A program made the position numbers and the translations under genes. DNA of 64,000 nucleotides, taken from NCBI GenBank assembly GCA_963695855.1, contig CAVOHZ010000010.1:352001-416000 (forward strand), in the 5' to 3' direction. The notes beneath the pieces are model-generated. The model saw only the letters and a list, made by a program, of their open reading frames with translations. It was not told the origin of the DNA and searched no databases. Below are positions 19,217 through 28,402 of this stretch, piece after piece; position 1 is the first letter of the stretch, and each line of letters starts with the position of its first letter. This DNA is from an uncultured Nitrososphaerales archaeon (GTDB lineage: Archaea; Thermoproteota; Nitrososphaeria; Nitrososphaerales; Nitrososphaeraceae).

Positions 19217-20517
19217 CTAAAATATCTCCTTGCCCTCCATCCCATCATCGACCTTGTAAATTTAAATGTCTCCAAACCAGGCACAATGGCCCTAACCACA
19301 GGAACTTTTAACTTGTTATTAGTAAGATCTATTATTATGGCCTTGTTAATACCGACTCTCTTTAATTTAGATGTTATTAAATTTATATCGTCAAGAATAT
19401 CATCATTTTGATATGTAATGATTTTAGAAAACTTAACAACGTCTTTAGATGACATAAACTGCCATGAAGATTTATCATCCGAATTATTCTGACCGTACTT
19501 TATTTTTCTTAAATCATCCCTTGCTCCTTGTATATTCGCTGCCCTAGTTTGAGATACCTCTGTAATAGCTCGCAATAGAGCTATTCTTTTGTCAGGATGA
19601 GTGCCATGTCCCTCAGCCAAATATCCATAGTTGTCAGATACCCATTCCACACAGGCTACGTTAAAGGTTGGAATTTCCAGATCTGATGTTACATTTTTAG
19701 TGATTAGACGAATTCCGTGTTTTTTGAATCTTTGGACAAGATTCATTATTGGTTCAAAATGTACATCAGAAATATCAACATCTGGAAAGATCCCATAGTC
19801 ATCAATGAAATCATTTTTTGAAATTATTCTAATATCAAATCCATTATTTCTTAAATTATTAGAGAGATTATATAATAAATGAAATGGTATGGCGCTGCAT
19901 CTTAGTTCTGCTAGACTAACTGCATCTCTTTCAATTACCTCGCACAATGAATGACAAACAGCTTCTTCAAATACGTTACCAGAAGCTAATCCGTTCGTAT
20001 GGTGAAAGGAAAAGGGATTGACAGCTGGGTATGAAGGGGTATATCTAAATATTGCTAAAGAAGAAGGAACTAAGATATTCTCTTTATTAATTATATCAAA
20101 TCCTTCAACATAATCCATCATCATAGTATCTTGAAAATCGTATGATAGCGGTTCTACTAATTCTTCAGGATGTAAAATATTATATCTTCGGGATAATTCT
20201 TTAAATGTTCCGCGAAACATTTTTTTTGTAAAGGAGCTTGGTAACGATGAATACCTTTCAATACTTTCCATTATTGCACTCACTTTAGCATGAGCTTTAG
20301 TTGGACCTTTGCCACTATACACCCAAATATAATCTTCAGTCCCAGGTAGAACAGATGAATAATTTGGTATGTATAGTTTATCCATGTATGTGATATCTGC
20401 TAATCTAGTAAGACCGATTTCTTTAGATAGATGTGAGACTTGCTGGAGAGTTCTTTCTACTGGTATCGTTCTCGATGTTCCGTTTACGGTCCATTTTTTT
20501 TGACTCTTTAGATCCAA
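19213..20517 (-). CDS. ycaO: YcaO-family ATP-dependent backbone kinase, thioamide-forming type
   Basis: GLTRLADIT, SGKG...AKVSAIMESIERYS, TNGLASGN...LCEVIERDA, GHGTHPD...RAITEVSQTR, VVRAIVPGLE; no C-terminal PxPxP; start set at TTG 20517 (track 20550). Confidence 0.95.
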   Translation of the reverse strand: MDLKSQKKWTVNGTSRTIPVERTLQQVSHLSKEIGLTRLADITYMDKLYIPNYSSVLPGTEDYIWVYSGKGPTKAHAKVSAIMESIERYSSLPSSFTKKMFRGTFKELSRRYNILHPEELVEPLSYDFQDTMMMDYVEGFDIINKENILVPSSLAIFRYTPSYPAVNPFSFHHTNGLASGNVFEEAVCHSLCEVIERDAVSLAELRCSAIPFHLLYNLSNNLRNNGFDIRIISKNDFIDDYGIFPDVDISDVHFEPIMNLVQRFKKHGIRLITKNVTSDLEIPTFNVACVEWVSDNYGYLAEGHGTHPDKRIALLRAITEVSQTRAANIQGARDDLRKIKYGQNNSDDKSSWQFMSSKDVVKFSKIITYQNDDILDDINLITSKLKRVGINKAIIIDLTNNKLKVPVVRAIVPGLETFKFTRSMMGWRARRYFR

Positions 20518-20602
20518 TTTGAGAAAAATATCTTCTGAAGTTCTTATCAAGCTTACGAATTATGCATTAAGATTATATATTACATTCACCAAATTTAAAA
20601 TC

Positions 20603-20779
20603 GTGAGTTCTCGTCGGAAAGAAGCAGAAATAATTAGTGAGATTCTGCTGAGGGCTGCTAGTGAACCGGAGTTTAGGAATGTTCTTATCAAGGATTCTTC
20701 TTCAGTTCTAGAGAAATATGATATTTCGAATGAAGCAAAATACATAATTAAAAAGAGTATTATAGATCTAACACAATAA
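20603..20779 (+). CDS. 58-aa NHLP-clan (nitrile-hydratase-leader-like; Os1348/Franean1_4349-type) small protein
   Basis: GTG start 23 bp after TATA TTATATAT (20573-20580); EIISEILLRAASEPEFRNVLIKDSSSVLEKYDISNE matches the leader pattern 'ii.RA..DpeFR..L..dp...L..ydLs.eE'; divergent from ycaO. Confidence 0.75.
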   Translation: MSSRRKEAEIISEILLRAASEPEFRNVLIKDSSSVLEKYDISNEAKYIIKKSIIDLTQ

Positions 20780-22152
20780 TAATAAAGGGTCGAAGAAAGC
20801 TTTGTTTTAAAGACTTGACTTTTGAGACACTCTAAAAATAAAATAAAATAAAATTGATTTATGAAAGCAGGGTGATGTAATTAGTTAGATAAATATGAAC
20901 ACATGATTAATGTACCCCGCCTCTGACTCACAACTATTCACAGATAGCCTTACACACTTGGTGTAATACTCCTAGCGTTTTTTAAACGGGGATACCTTTA
21001 AGACATATGAATGAACATAAGAATCATTGTAATTTCATCATAGTTCAACTCTATGCTTCTAAGGCAGTAAAGTATATCATTAGAAATATAAAATAATTAT
21101 GCTCTGCTGAGAATATTTTTATCTCTTATAAAATAAGAAATAACAATGGAATTGTAAAATTCTTAAACAGTTGAATCACAAGTATATAATAATTATTAAT
21201 ACCATTTACATGATTTGTCCGATATATCTATACGTTGAAAACGACCAAAACCCATCAGAAAAGAATCTTATATTTTTGGAATATATGTTGTCATCAAAAA
21301 GGAAAATGTCCTATATGTAAGAACACATAAATCAAACATGTGCATAGTAAGCGGCATATTCAAGTGACTTAAATAGACATCTTTTGAGCGATTGTACGAT
21401 TATTTTCGTAGGCTAGGAATCTCTTTTATATCGTCCTTGTTTTATCAATTTATACTCTGTAGTCGTGCGAACGGAATAATATGCAACCTATCTCTATTCA
21501 ATATGGAATATATCTTTTAGTATATCGATAATTGAACGTGTATTTAGAACATTGGCACACATAATTTATAATTTACCAATAGTAAAAAATGTTGGATCTG
21601 AAAGTACCTCTGGAAATGAAAATTGCTAAAGCTATGTTTCTGTGGACATCGTAAAACAAATTAATAGACTGACTCTAATTGAAAACAATAATCTAGTATT
21701 TAATAATTAAAATAGAAATTGACTTGTTACTACAATTTATGTTTCATTGAGAAAGTAGAAAACATTAAAATACCTGATAAAGAAACACATTAGAAAAGGC
21801 TCTCTATATTAGACAGATAATCATATTGATCATACAATCTAAGCCCATAATTAAAAAAAATGATTCAATTGCATACGGAAAAAAAGCAATATGTTGTATA
21901 ACACAATAACATTCATGAAACTGAATGATGGCAAGGTTATGTCAGAGGAATCCTGGAGACAGGACAAGTACAATATACTTTCTAATGATTAACCTACACT
22001 TGTTTTCCTAAAAGGTCAACTAGTGTGTATTACAGAATGAAAACCTCAATCTGGATGTCACAAACTATCTCTTTAGGTCTCGAATTATTGCAAGTTAGTA
22101 TAATCAATATCTGTAAATCAAGTAAGCGATAAGTTTCCCTTGTAAGGATCTT

Positions 22153-23817
22153 TTAATTTAAAGTTTTAAAAAAATCGCTTAGAACAATTTCAAATGCTGA
22201 TACAGGAACTCTAATATTGAATTCACTTATTACCTTTGGAGAAACTTCTCCAATAACTCCTATGAGACGATCTTTTATGTAAATATTTGCAGATCTTCCA
22301 GTAATAAAAAATTCATTTTCACATGATTTTGTAGATATTTCCTTGCCAAAATTAATTTTGATAATAGATCTTAACAAGGATCTCGTTTCGGTAAAACCTA
22401 TATTGTTGGAGGACATAACAACACCAAGACACCATTTCTCTGCTATTTCCTTATTGATACTAAACACTTTTCCTATCTCGAATATTTTTTGTGGGTATTC
22501 CTCATGAATATTGTGAGACAAGTTAGTCATAAGTGACGGTATAATACTGGTTCTTAAAAATTCATGTTCAGAACTTTTACTTTCATTAACTTTTAACCAG
22601 AGATGATTTATTTTCTTTGTTTTTATCGTTTTAATAGTCTTTTGATCGACTAAACTAAAATTTACAACCTCAAGCAAACCAAATCCAATGATAGTTTTTC
22701 TTAATTCGTTAAAAAATTCAATAAGAGGATTCTTCATTCCAGAGATAATTTTAAATGAAGGCACACTTGGTTCCAAATTATAAATACCATAACCTAAAGC
22801 CACTTCTTCTACAACATCTATCGTATTATTAATATCACTCCTATAATGAGGTATAACACACTGTATATCATTACCTTTGATTTTCGATGCATCTAGTCTA
22901 ACCTTTTTTAATGATTTTATTATTTCATTAGATGAAAGTTTTAACCCTAAAAGATTATTTATGTAGTCTTTTTTAACAACCATAGATTCATTGCGTAGTT
23001 TTTCTAAAGGAAAGAAACTATCCTTATTATTTTCGTTTACTGATCCAGACACGATCTCAAACCCTTCATCCAAAAAATAATGAGACAAGATAGACAAGAT
23101 ATCTAATGCAATTTTAGAATGTGTAGCAGTAATTTCTAGTAATAGGTTTTTACTTTGTTTTGTAATCTTCGTGACATCACTATTTATTATTGGTGGGAAA
23201 GATATAATCATATTATTTTTATCGAAAATAACAGGATATTTTGCAAATGATTCAACTAGATGTTTGTATTTTTGACCTACTGTCAATTTATTCAATATTT
23301 CGTTAAAATCATATTTTTCAGACTGATCAAGCGGAACAAATTCTATATCAGGAGTCTCAGCAGAATATCTCAAAGGAAATTCCATCTTATCCAGATCATG
23401 AATCCCTATAGATGCCTTCTTTCTTCCCCTTGCGATACCGTTATGGAGATCTTCTTGCATTGAAATAATTTGTTCAAGTGAATCTTGAGTAAGTTTTTTG
23501 TTCTTTGCAATAAAAAAAAAGATGAATGGTCTTATCTTTTTAACTGAATTATCTACGATAATTTTATACTGTGGATCAGTGGAATAGTTGAATTTTGGTA
23601 GACCAAGTTCTCGACCTACTAAACCATTTAACGCTCTAAAAATTCCAATATCACTTGAAAAATCAGGTCTGTTAGGATTATATTCAACCCTTACAATATT
23701 TTCATCAATACTTTCTATATCAAGCCCCAAAAATGGAAGTCGTTCTAGTATTTTTTGTAAGGAATAATCAGGAAAGGAGGATTTTATTCTAGACTTATTT
23801 ATCCTAACAACAGGCAT
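22153..23817 (-). CDS. pheT: Phenylalanine-tRNA ligase beta subunit
   Basis: EYNPNRPD, QEDLH...RKKASIGIHD, SFPPIINS, YRSDI...DVVEEVALGYG, LRTSIIPSL. Confidence 0.95.
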   Translation of the reverse strand: MPVVRINKSRIKSSFPDYSLQKILERLPFLGLDIESIDENIVRVEYNPNRPDFSSDIGIFRALNGLVGRELGLPKFNYSTDPQYKIIVDNSVKKIRPFIFFFIAKNKKLTQDSLEQIISMQEDLHNGIARGRKKASIGIHDLDKMEFPLRYSAETPDIEFVPLDQSEKYDFNEILNKLTVGQKYKHLVESFAKYPVIFDKNNMIISFPPIINSDVTKITKQSKNLLLEITATHSKIALDILSILSHYFLDEGFEIVSGSVNENNKDSFFPLEKLRNESMVVKKDYINNLLGLKLSSNEIIKSLKKVRLDASKIKGNDIQCVIPHYRSDINNTIDVVEEVALGYGIYNLEPSVPSFKIISGMKNPLIEFFNELRKTIIGFGLLEVVNFSLVDQKTIKTIKTKKINHLWLKVNESKSSEHEFLRTSIIPSLMTNLSHNIHEEYPQKIFEIGKVFSINKEIAEKWCLGVVMSSNNIGFTETRSLLRSIIKINFGKEISTKSCENEFFITGRSANIYIKDRLIGVIGEVSPKVISEFNIRVPVSAFEIVLSDFFKTLN

Positions 23818-25352
23818 CTTTCATTACCTCTCAACCAGCCAAGTTTATTATTATATAAATCTCGAACATCAGAAATGTCGTATCTAAGCATTGCTATTCT
23901 TTCTATTCCTCCACCCCATGCAAGTACAGGGTTTTTTATTCCTAAAGGACCTACTACTTCTGGGCGGAAGATGCCCATTCCGAAAAGTTCAATCCACTTC
24001 CCTAACCTTTGATTGTATATCATTGACTGCAACGAAGGTTCTGTATAAGGAAAAAAAGTAGGCCAAAACTTCACCTTTTTGATTCCTATTTTTTTGTAAA
24101 ATTCGATCTGTATGCCCATTAGGTCTCTTAGTGTAATATTTTTATCTGTAACTACTCCTTCTATTTGATTAAATTCAACTAGATGTTTATACGAAACTTT
24201 TTCATTTCTAAATACTCTTCCTATAGTAAATATTTTGGTCGCTTCTGTAATATTATCTGACAAATACTTGAGAGTGACAGGAGTAGTATGTGTCCTCAAT
24301 ACTAATTTTTTTGCTTGATTTCTATCCCATTTATAATGCCAACCATGTAAATGAGATTTGGCAACATTTTGAATTACTTTGTTGGTAGATAGTTCAATGG
24401 TTGTTTGATCATTGATGTAAAATGTATCTTGCATATCTCTCGCGGCATGATCCTGCGGTGTAAATAATGCATCGAAATTCCAAAAAGATGATTGCACATA
24501 ATTGCCTTCTATTTCCGTAAATCCTAGACTTACAAATGCTTCTCGGATCTCTTCAATAAGATCTGTAAGAGGATTAGTTCTTCCTGGAAACAATAATGGA
24601 GTATTGGCTTCAACATCGATTTCACGAAATTTGACGCTTTTCCATTTACCTGAAACAATCATGTCAGATGTCAAGGCTTGAACATTGTTTTCATATTGTT
24701 GAAGAGCCATATCTTTTTCTACATTCAAAAGTAAAGATTTAATTTTATTACCCGCTTCCGTCAAGGAAACTAGTTCGTCATTCTTCTTAGATAAAACCAA
24801 ATCAGGTCTTTTCCTTAGTAGCTGGAGGATGTTTATCTCATCTTTAGATAATTGTGATTGCTTTATATTATTTCCATTATCTTTTATTTTTTTTAATAAG
24901 ATCTCCTCTCCGCTATTATATTTAGAATCATCAAGAATAGACAACATCATAGCATTTTTTTTATCATGACCAATTTCAATCCATTTATTCATCTTTGATT
25001 TTGATATTGCTATATTTACCTCATTCATGGTTACTTTTCCAGTTTTTAATATTTGAGGAATTGTTGAATTTCCATTTTTTATTGCTTCTACTAATCTTCT
25101 TTCAGGAAGGCCGTTTTCTATTGATTGTTTTCCAGTTTCACCTAATGATATTCTAACATCATCTGAATTTTGAAAAATAATCAAATTTTTAAATTTTAAC
25201 CACTCTAAACCCCTTCTAATTTGGTCAATATGTAGATTTGTAAGTCGTTTTAGCGAATTTATTGATATACTTTCGTTGCTTTCTAATGAATTTAATATTC
25301 TTTTTTCTATTGGATGTAAGATATTCAAATTAGGATCTTTAAATTCGCTCAA
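23799..25352 (-). CDS. pheS: Phenylalanine-tRNA ligase alpha subunit
   Basis: FWNFDALFTPQDHAARDMQDTFY, LRTHTT, RVFRNE, FFPYTEPS, GMGIFRPE, WGGGIER. Confidence 0.97.
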   Translation of the reverse strand: MSEFKDPNLNILHPIEKRILNSLESNESISINSLKRLTNLHIDQIRRGLEWLKFKNLIIFQNSDDVRISLGETGKQSIENGLPERRLVEAIKNGNSTIPQILKTGKVTMNEVNIAISKSKMNKWIEIGHDKKNAMMLSILDDSKYNSGEEILLKKIKDNGNNIKQSQLSKDEINILQLLRKRPDLVLSKKNDELVSLTEAGNKIKSLLLNVEKDMALQQYENNVQALTSDMIVSGKWKSVKFREIDVEANTPLLFPGRTNPLTDLIEEIREAFVSLGFTEIEGNYVQSSFWNFDALFTPQDHAARDMQDTFYINDQTTIELSTNKVIQNVAKSHLHGWHYKWDRNQAKKLVLRTHTTPVTLKYLSDNITEATKIFTIGRVFRNEKVSYKHLVEFNQIEGVVTDKNITLRDLMGIQIEFYKKIGIKKVKFWPTFFPYTEPSLQSMIYNQRLGKWIELFGMGIFRPEVVGPLGIKNPVLAWGGGIERIAMLRYDISDVRDLYNNKLGWLRGNERCLLLG

Positions 25353-25414
25353 ATATTCAAAACTAAAAATATTTTTTAAACGTTTAAACGTTTGTAATTT
25401 ATCTTAATAAAAAA

Positions 25415-26626
25415 ATGGACAATCAAAATAACAAAAATAGCAATAAAGATAATTCTGTTAATGAATATAATAACGATAATAACTCTTTTGAGCATGACAG
25501 TAAGTTACCTAATGATATTTTTGTCACTCCTTGGGAAGTACATGGGAAGCTTGGAGAAGAAAACTATGTCAAACTAATGAAAAAATTTGGCACTCAAGCA
25601 ATATCTATGGAATTATTAGAAAAGATTAAAAAAATCACTGGTGAAATTCATCCTCTAATTAAATTTCGTTATTTTTTCTCACATAGAGATTTTGACTGGG
25701 TATTAAATAAATATGAAAATGGAGAGTCTTTTTATTTGTATACAGGAAGGGGACCATCTGGACTTATACATATGGGACATATTTTACCGTGGATGTTTAC
25801 TAGATATATGCAAGATAAATTCAAATCGAAATTACTTTTTCAAATAACAGATGACGAAAAGTTTCTATATAATCCTGATCTTGACAGGGACAAAATTGCA
25901 GAATATACTTATGAAAATATTTTAGACGTAATAGCAATAGGGTTTAAACCTGAGCTAACGAAAATAATAGTGGATACTAAACACATAAAACATTTATATC
26001 CAATAGCTACAGAAATTGCAAAAAAAATAACTTTTTCTACTGCCAAAGCAGTATTCGGATTTACGACGATGACAAATATTGGAATGATAGGTTTCCCTCC
26101 CATTCAGGCAGCTCCTTGCTTTCTTCCATCAATAATAGAAAAAAAACCAACACCCGTCTTGATCCCAGCTGCTATAGATCAAGATCCATATTGGAGAATT
26201 ACAAGGGATGTAGCAGAAAAACTTGGATTTTATAAACCTGCCCAAATACACAGTAAATTCTTACCAAGTTTATCAAATTCATCAAAAATGTCTTCATCTA
26301 AACCAGAAACCGCTATTTTTACAACTGATGAACCAGAAATAGTTGAAAAAAAAGTATTATCTTCATTTACAGGAGGTCAGCCAACGATAGATCTTCAAAA
26401 AAAATTAGGTGCCAATGCCAATATTTGTCCTGTGTTTTGGTACTTAAAATATTTTTTTGATTCCGAAAAGGCCTCAACCGAAAGATATTATAGATGCAAG
26501 AGTGGAAATTTATTGTGTGGAGAATGCAAAAACCAACTGGCGGAAAAATCAAAGGAATTCATAATTGAATTTAAAAAAAGAAGAGAAAAAGCTCGAGACA
26601 AGATAGCTGATTTTATGTTCGAATGA
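25415..26626 (+). CDS. trpS: Tryptophan-tRNA ligase
   Basis: VTPWEV, YTGRGPS, HMGH, AIDQDPYWR, KMSSS. Confidence 0.97.
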   Translation: MDNQNNKNSNKDNSVNEYNNDNNSFEHDSKLPNDIFVTPWEVHGKLGEENYVKLMKKFGTQAISMELLEKIKKITGEIHPLIKFRYFFSHRDFDWVLNKYENGESFYLYTGRGPSGLIHMGHILPWMFTRYMQDKFKSKLLFQITDDEKFLYNPDLDRDKIAEYTYENILDVIAIGFKPELTKIIVDTKHIKHLYPIATEIAKKITFSTAKAVFGFTTMTNIGMIGFPPIQAAPCFLPSIIEKKPTPVLIPAAIDQDPYWRITRDVAEKLGFYKPAQIHSKFLPSLSNSSKMSSSKPETAIFTTDEPEIVEKKVLSSFTGGQPTIDLQKKLGANANICPVFWYLKYFFDSEKASTERYYRCKSGNLLCGECKNQLAEKSKEFIIEFKKRREKARDKIADFMFE

Positions 26627-26937
26627 GAATTGATGATATGAAGATAATCGAAAAGTATCTCTGTTCGGATGAATATGAGAAAGAGAAACTATGTAGACTC
26701 TTTTCAATTCAACAGGATCAATCTATTTATATTTTGGATGTTATGGATGTTATTGAAAATGAGATAATAATTATGTTGAGAGATAGATCTTGCCATAGTG
26801 TGACTATGAAAGATAACCTTTTCGCATCAAATCTATCGAGATTAATTACAGATATCAAGCAAAACAAAAGAAAATTTATAGAATTAATAAACTCTCCCTC
26901 TATAGAAGAAGTGGTAATAATTTCTATAAGCAATTAA
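26623..26937 (+). CDS. Hypothetical protein coupled to trpS
   Basis: 104-aa ORF with ATGA overlap on the trpS stop. Confidence 0.6.
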   Translation: MRIDDMKIIEKYLCSDEYEKEKLCRLFSIQQDQSIYILDVMDVIENEIIIMLRDRSCHSVTMKDNLFASNLSRLITDIKQNKRKFIELINSPSIEEVVIISISN

Positions 26938-26982
26938 GAGCATTAATCTTTTTGAAATAGTAAACTATTTCTCATCGTTTGT

Positions 26983-27054
26983 TTCTTGTTTTCTTACTTT
27001 TCTTGTGATTCTTGTTTTCTTACTTTTCTTGTGATTCTTGTTTTCTTACTTTTC
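26983..27054. repeat. 26-bp tandem repeat (2.8 copies) TTCTTGTTTTCTTACTTTTCTTGTGA
   Basis: Exact copies at 26983-27008 and 27009-27034, partial copy 27035-27054. Confidence 0.9.
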
Positions 27055-27452
27055 CTTTGTTTCTTTATCTTTATACTTTTTAATTTAGATACATTTTTGT
27101 TAGTTGTGGATTCAACATTAGTAGAAAATTTTAGCGAATCGATTAAAATTTCTTGAATTTTCCTAAAATATAATCCTGTCGAATATGGCATTAATGAAAT
27201 ATTTTCTTCTATAGAATCCAAAACAAAAGGAACTGCTCTTTTAGAAAGATCTAATTTAAATTTCATCCATAACAAACGATCCTGTACAAAATGAATTTTA
27301 TCTTTTAATTCCTCAGGAGCAGTTTCTTTTGACCATTCTTCAATTCTTTTGTACCAATAGGCCAGGGTTTCCGGTTCTAATCCTGATCTGAGATCTTGAA
27401 TATATTCGTCAATTTTGGACGATGCAAAATTAACTGGATTATCATAATACAC
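26994..27452 (-). CDS. Hypothetical protein with basic, repeat-derived C-terminal tail
   Basis: 152-aa ORF; globular N-terminal part, Lys/Arg-rich tail. Confidence 0.7.
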   Translation of the reverse strand: MYYDNPVNFASSKIDEYIQDLRSGLEPETLAYWYKRIEEWSKETAPEELKDKIHFVQDRLLWMKFKLDLSKRAVPFVLDSIEENISLMPYSTGLYFRKIQEILIDSLKFSTNVESTTNKNVSKLKSIKIKKQRKSKKTRITRKVRKQESQEK

Positions 27453-27509
27453 TAATTTGAATAAAATGCATTATGGATATAATTGGATTGATTAAGAAAA
27501 ATTGGCTTT

Positions 27510-27989
27510 TTAATCGGATAAAATATTTCCTTTTTCATCAATTTCACCCTGTCTTATTCTTGTCGAAGAAAGTGGCCTTCCATCCATAGAATTTACCATT
27601 TTTATAACTACTACTTTTAATGGTCTCAGGTTTTTGCTAACTCGTATCCTGTTTATTTCAGTAGTTTTAACATAAGTTTCTTCGCTTACCACAATTGCTT
27701 CAATTTTAACGGATGAGATTACAGGTCCAAAGTAATCTTCTAATTTTACTATTTCATAAGATGGGTTTTCAAAATTATTGGAAATAGTTTGTTTCAGGCT
27801 TTCAAGACGCTTTTCATAATTATGTCGTATGTTAAATTCTGTTTTAAATTTTTTTATAAATTCATCGCTAGTGAGACCAATTATTACATTTTGTCCTACG
27901 CGAAATGTTTCGAATAATAATTTTAAGTGACCTTGGTGAATACAATCAAATGTCCCACCAGTAGCTACTAAATTGAATTTTTTTTTCAA
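27510..27989 (-). CDS. coaD: Phosphopantetheine adenylyltransferase
   Basis: VATGGTFDCIHQGH, IGLTSDEF, AIVVSEET, INRIR, SSTRIRQGEID; start set at TTG 27989. Confidence 0.92.
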   Translation of the reverse strand: MKKKFNLVATGGTFDCIHQGHLKLLFETFRVGQNVIIGLTSDEFIKKFKTEFNIRHNYEKRLESLKQTISNNFENPSYEIVKLEDYFGPVISSVKIEAIVVSEETYVKTTEINRIRVSKNLRPLKVVVIKMVNSMDGRPLSSTRIRQGEIDEKGNILSD

Positions 27990-28048
27990 TACAATCTCTG
28001 CTTTGAACTTAAAGAAGGTTAACGTGATTATAGATATGATAGATTTTA

Positions 28049-28402
28049 TGTTTATTTTTGGAATATCTTTATTGCTTGTGGAGGACACACATTTTCACAT
28101 GCCAGACAGAAAATACAATCTTTCTCTCTAGCCATTATTGGTTTCTTGTCAGAACCAGGGTGCCCGGGAGTATCTAACCATTCATAGACATTTACTGGAC
28201 ATGCTTCAATACAAGCGCCGTCTCCTATACAAATATCAAAGTCAACACATACGCTATCTCCCCATATTCCCAACTGTCCTGGTGCATCAACTGGTCCCCA
28301 GACCGTTATTCCCTTGAATTTACCTGTTGTTGTACGTTTGGTTTTAAAGGAGGTATCTATTGGACCATCTACTTTTGAATAACTTGTTCCTGAACCGGTA
28401 AG
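28049..28402. repeat. Copy 2 of 354-bp direct repeat (ferredoxin module)
   Basis: 7 mismatches versus 11703-12056; offset 16346 bp. Confidence 0.95.

Noticed and set aside
20780-22150. Additional RiPP precursor or core peptide ORFs near ycaO
   Set aside because: Only short ORFs were found, with no leader motif or Gly/Ala/Cys-rich core
26983-27054. 26-bp repeats as a mini CRISPR array
   Set aside because: Copies are contiguous with no spacers, and there are no cas genes
11703-28402. Ferredoxin repeat as a diversity-generating retroelement TR/VR pair or as mobile-element terminal repeats
   Set aside because: No reverse transcriptase, integrase or transposase; mismatches are not adenine-specific; the interval contains core genes
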